From NCBI GenBank assembly GCA_041654855.1, contig JBAZCS010000001.1, positions 985 through 64,984 on the forward strand: a DNA stretch of 64,000 nucleotides, written 5' to 3'. Positions 62,892-64,000 of this stretch are shown piece by piece (the first letter of the stretch is position 1; each line of letters starts with the position of its first letter). This DNA is from Bacilli bacterium (GTDB taxonomy: Bacteria; Bacillota_I; Bacilli_A; RFN20; CAG-826). Below the pieces are notes generated by a model. The model was given only the letters and a program-made list of their open reading frames with translations. It ran no database searches and had not been told where the DNA came from. A program made the position numbers and the translations under genes.

Positions 62892-64000
62892 ATGTTAAAA
62901 GCAATTGCCCTGCAAAAAGAAGCAAACAAAAAGAATGTTATTGTAACGTACCAAATGCGCAAAAACCGGCTCATTGCCCTACAAAAGGCCGTTAAAAAGT
63001 ATGAAAAGGAAATTTATGAAGCACTCTTTTTCGACTTGCGGAAAGATGAATGGGAAGTGTTTGTCACCGAACTTAGCATCGTTTACGAAGAAATTCATAT
63101 TGCCTTAAAACACTTAAAGCGATGGATGAAGCCAAAGCGTATTAAAAGTGCGCTTGTGCAATTTCCGGCGAAAAACTATATTATGCATGACCCATACGGT
63201 CAAGTATTAATTATGAGTCCGTGGAATTATCCGTTACAACTTACTTTAGTGCCCCTTGTCGGCGCAATTGCCGCGGGTAATGTTGCCGTTATTAAACCAA
63301 GTGCCTACGCCCCTAAAATTGCGGAAGTTATGAAAAAGCTTATTGAAGAAGCCTTTCCAAATGGCGAAGTATTATTATTTTTAGGGGGCAGAGCGGTAAA
63401 CGAAGAAGTTTTAAAGGCAATATACGATATGATCTTTTTTACCGGTAGTCCTGAAGTTGGCAAAATTGTCATGCGCCGGGCGAGTGAAACTTTAACGCCG
63501 GTAGTCTTAGAATTAGGAGGCAAATCACCCTTTATAATTACCGAAGACGCGGATATTCCTTTAACCGTGCGTCGTCTTAAGTTTGCAAAACTCATTAACA
63601 ATGGCCAAACATGTGTCGCTCCAGACTATGTTTTAATGGACGCAAAAGTTTTACCACGCCTTGCTGAATTCCAAGAAGTGTTTGATCTTTTTCCTGATGA
63701 AGAAGAAAGATTACCAAAAATCATTAATCAAAAACATTACTTACGCCTTAAAGAATATTTAGTGGAGCTAGGCATTCCTCATTTTGTCGATAATACAGAA
63801 ACGATTAAACCGACATTAGTGGTAAATCCACCTCTTGATTCAAAAGTGATGCAAGAAGAAATCTTTGGCCCAATCTTACCAATAATAGTGTATGAAAATC
63901 TTGATGAGGCGATTAGCTTTATTAATGAAAGACCAAAGCCTTTAGCCTTATATTTATTTACGAAATCAAAAAAGACGATTAATAAAGTATTACAAAGCAC
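62892..64000 (+). CDS. NAD-dependent aldehyde dehydrogenase (class-3-like), 3'-partial at the window end.
   Basis: ATG at 62892, one nt after the ADH stop. ELGGKSP and catalytic-Cys region NNGQTCVAPDY. The reading frame is open to the window end. Confidence 0.8.
   Translation, partial: MLKAIALQKEANKKNVIVTYQMRKNRLIALQKAVKKYEKEIYEALFFDLRKDEWEVFVTELSIVYEEIHIALKHLKRWMKPKRIKSALVQFPAKNYIMHDPYGQVLIMSPWNYPLQLTLVPLVGAIAAGNVAVIKPSAYAPKIAEVMKKLIEEAFPNGEVLLFLGGRAVNEEVLKAIYDMIFFTGSPEVGKIVMRRASETLTPVVLELGGKSPFIITEDADIPLTVRRLKFAKLINNGQTCVAPDYVLMDAKVLPRLAEFQEVFDLFPDEEERLPKIINQKHYLRLKEYLVELGIPHFVDNTETIKPTLVVNPPLDSKVMQEEIFGPILPIIVYENLDEAISFINERPKPLALYLFTKSKKTINKVLQS

Overview
Low-GC (roughly 33-36%) chromosomal segment, 64 kb, from a Firmicutes/Mollicutes-like bacterium that uses the standard genetic code: TGA is used as a stop (rsmD ends on TGA in an ATGA overlap with coaD), so this is not a code-4 Mycoplasma/Spiroplasma. 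The lineage looks Acholeplasma/Erysipelotrichia-like on four grounds. ProRS is the short archaeal type. The Opp permease has a very large OppA lipoprotein and big insertions in OppD and OppF. There is a ~990-aa fused ABC ATPase-permease. Gene neighbourhoods match Bacillus (yjbK-nadK; ylbF-like/rsmD/coaD).

Housekeeping backbone:
- Translation and RNA: proS, trpS, gltX, rluA-type pseudouridine synthase, rsmD, def, RNase J.
- Metabolism and envelope: cdaA followed by glmM, phosphoglucomutase, Cof-type HAD hydrolase, nadK, CYTH, spx, maf, coaD, pgeF, NUDIX hydrolase, deoD, uppP, bcp, Fe-ADH, a 3'-partial ALDH, acpP.
- Transport: tandem mgtE paralogs, tandem CorC/CNNM paralogs, a YitT-family protein, the complete oppABCDF operon.
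- Five tRNAs (Ser-GCT, Ser-GGA, Gly-GCC, Asn-GTT, Glu-TTC) and several clear rho-independent terminators.

Accessory or unusual content, by coordinate:
1. Between tRNA-Ser(GGA) and the fused ABC transporter there is a decaying AbiEi/AbiEii toxin-antitoxin pair plus two oxidoreductases.
2. Downstream of tRNA-Gly(GCC) sit two secreted proteins whose N-termini carry a TasA/TapA-like SipW-cognate motif (T-x-A-W-F-T). The larger one is out of frame with its translationally coupled ATG at an A6 tract, which suggests phase variation or a pseudogene.
3. A compact Tad/archaeal-type pilus-like locus: a secreted protein, a small signal-peptide protein, a minimal VirB11/CpaF-like ATPase, two single-T2SSF-like membrane proteins, a TadE-like protein, and a 49-aa pilin-like ORF (KGQ motif, not in the ORF track).
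4. A mosaic of GNAT, macro-domain and HTH-Fic genes just downstream of tRNA-Asn/Glu. Visual inspection suggests uneven GC across this stretch.
5. Cyclic-di-GMP parts: a degenerate EAL protein at the window start and an SGDEF-variant GGDEF protein, alongside the c-di-AMP cyclase.

No CRISPR array, rRNA, or intact IS/transposase was seen.
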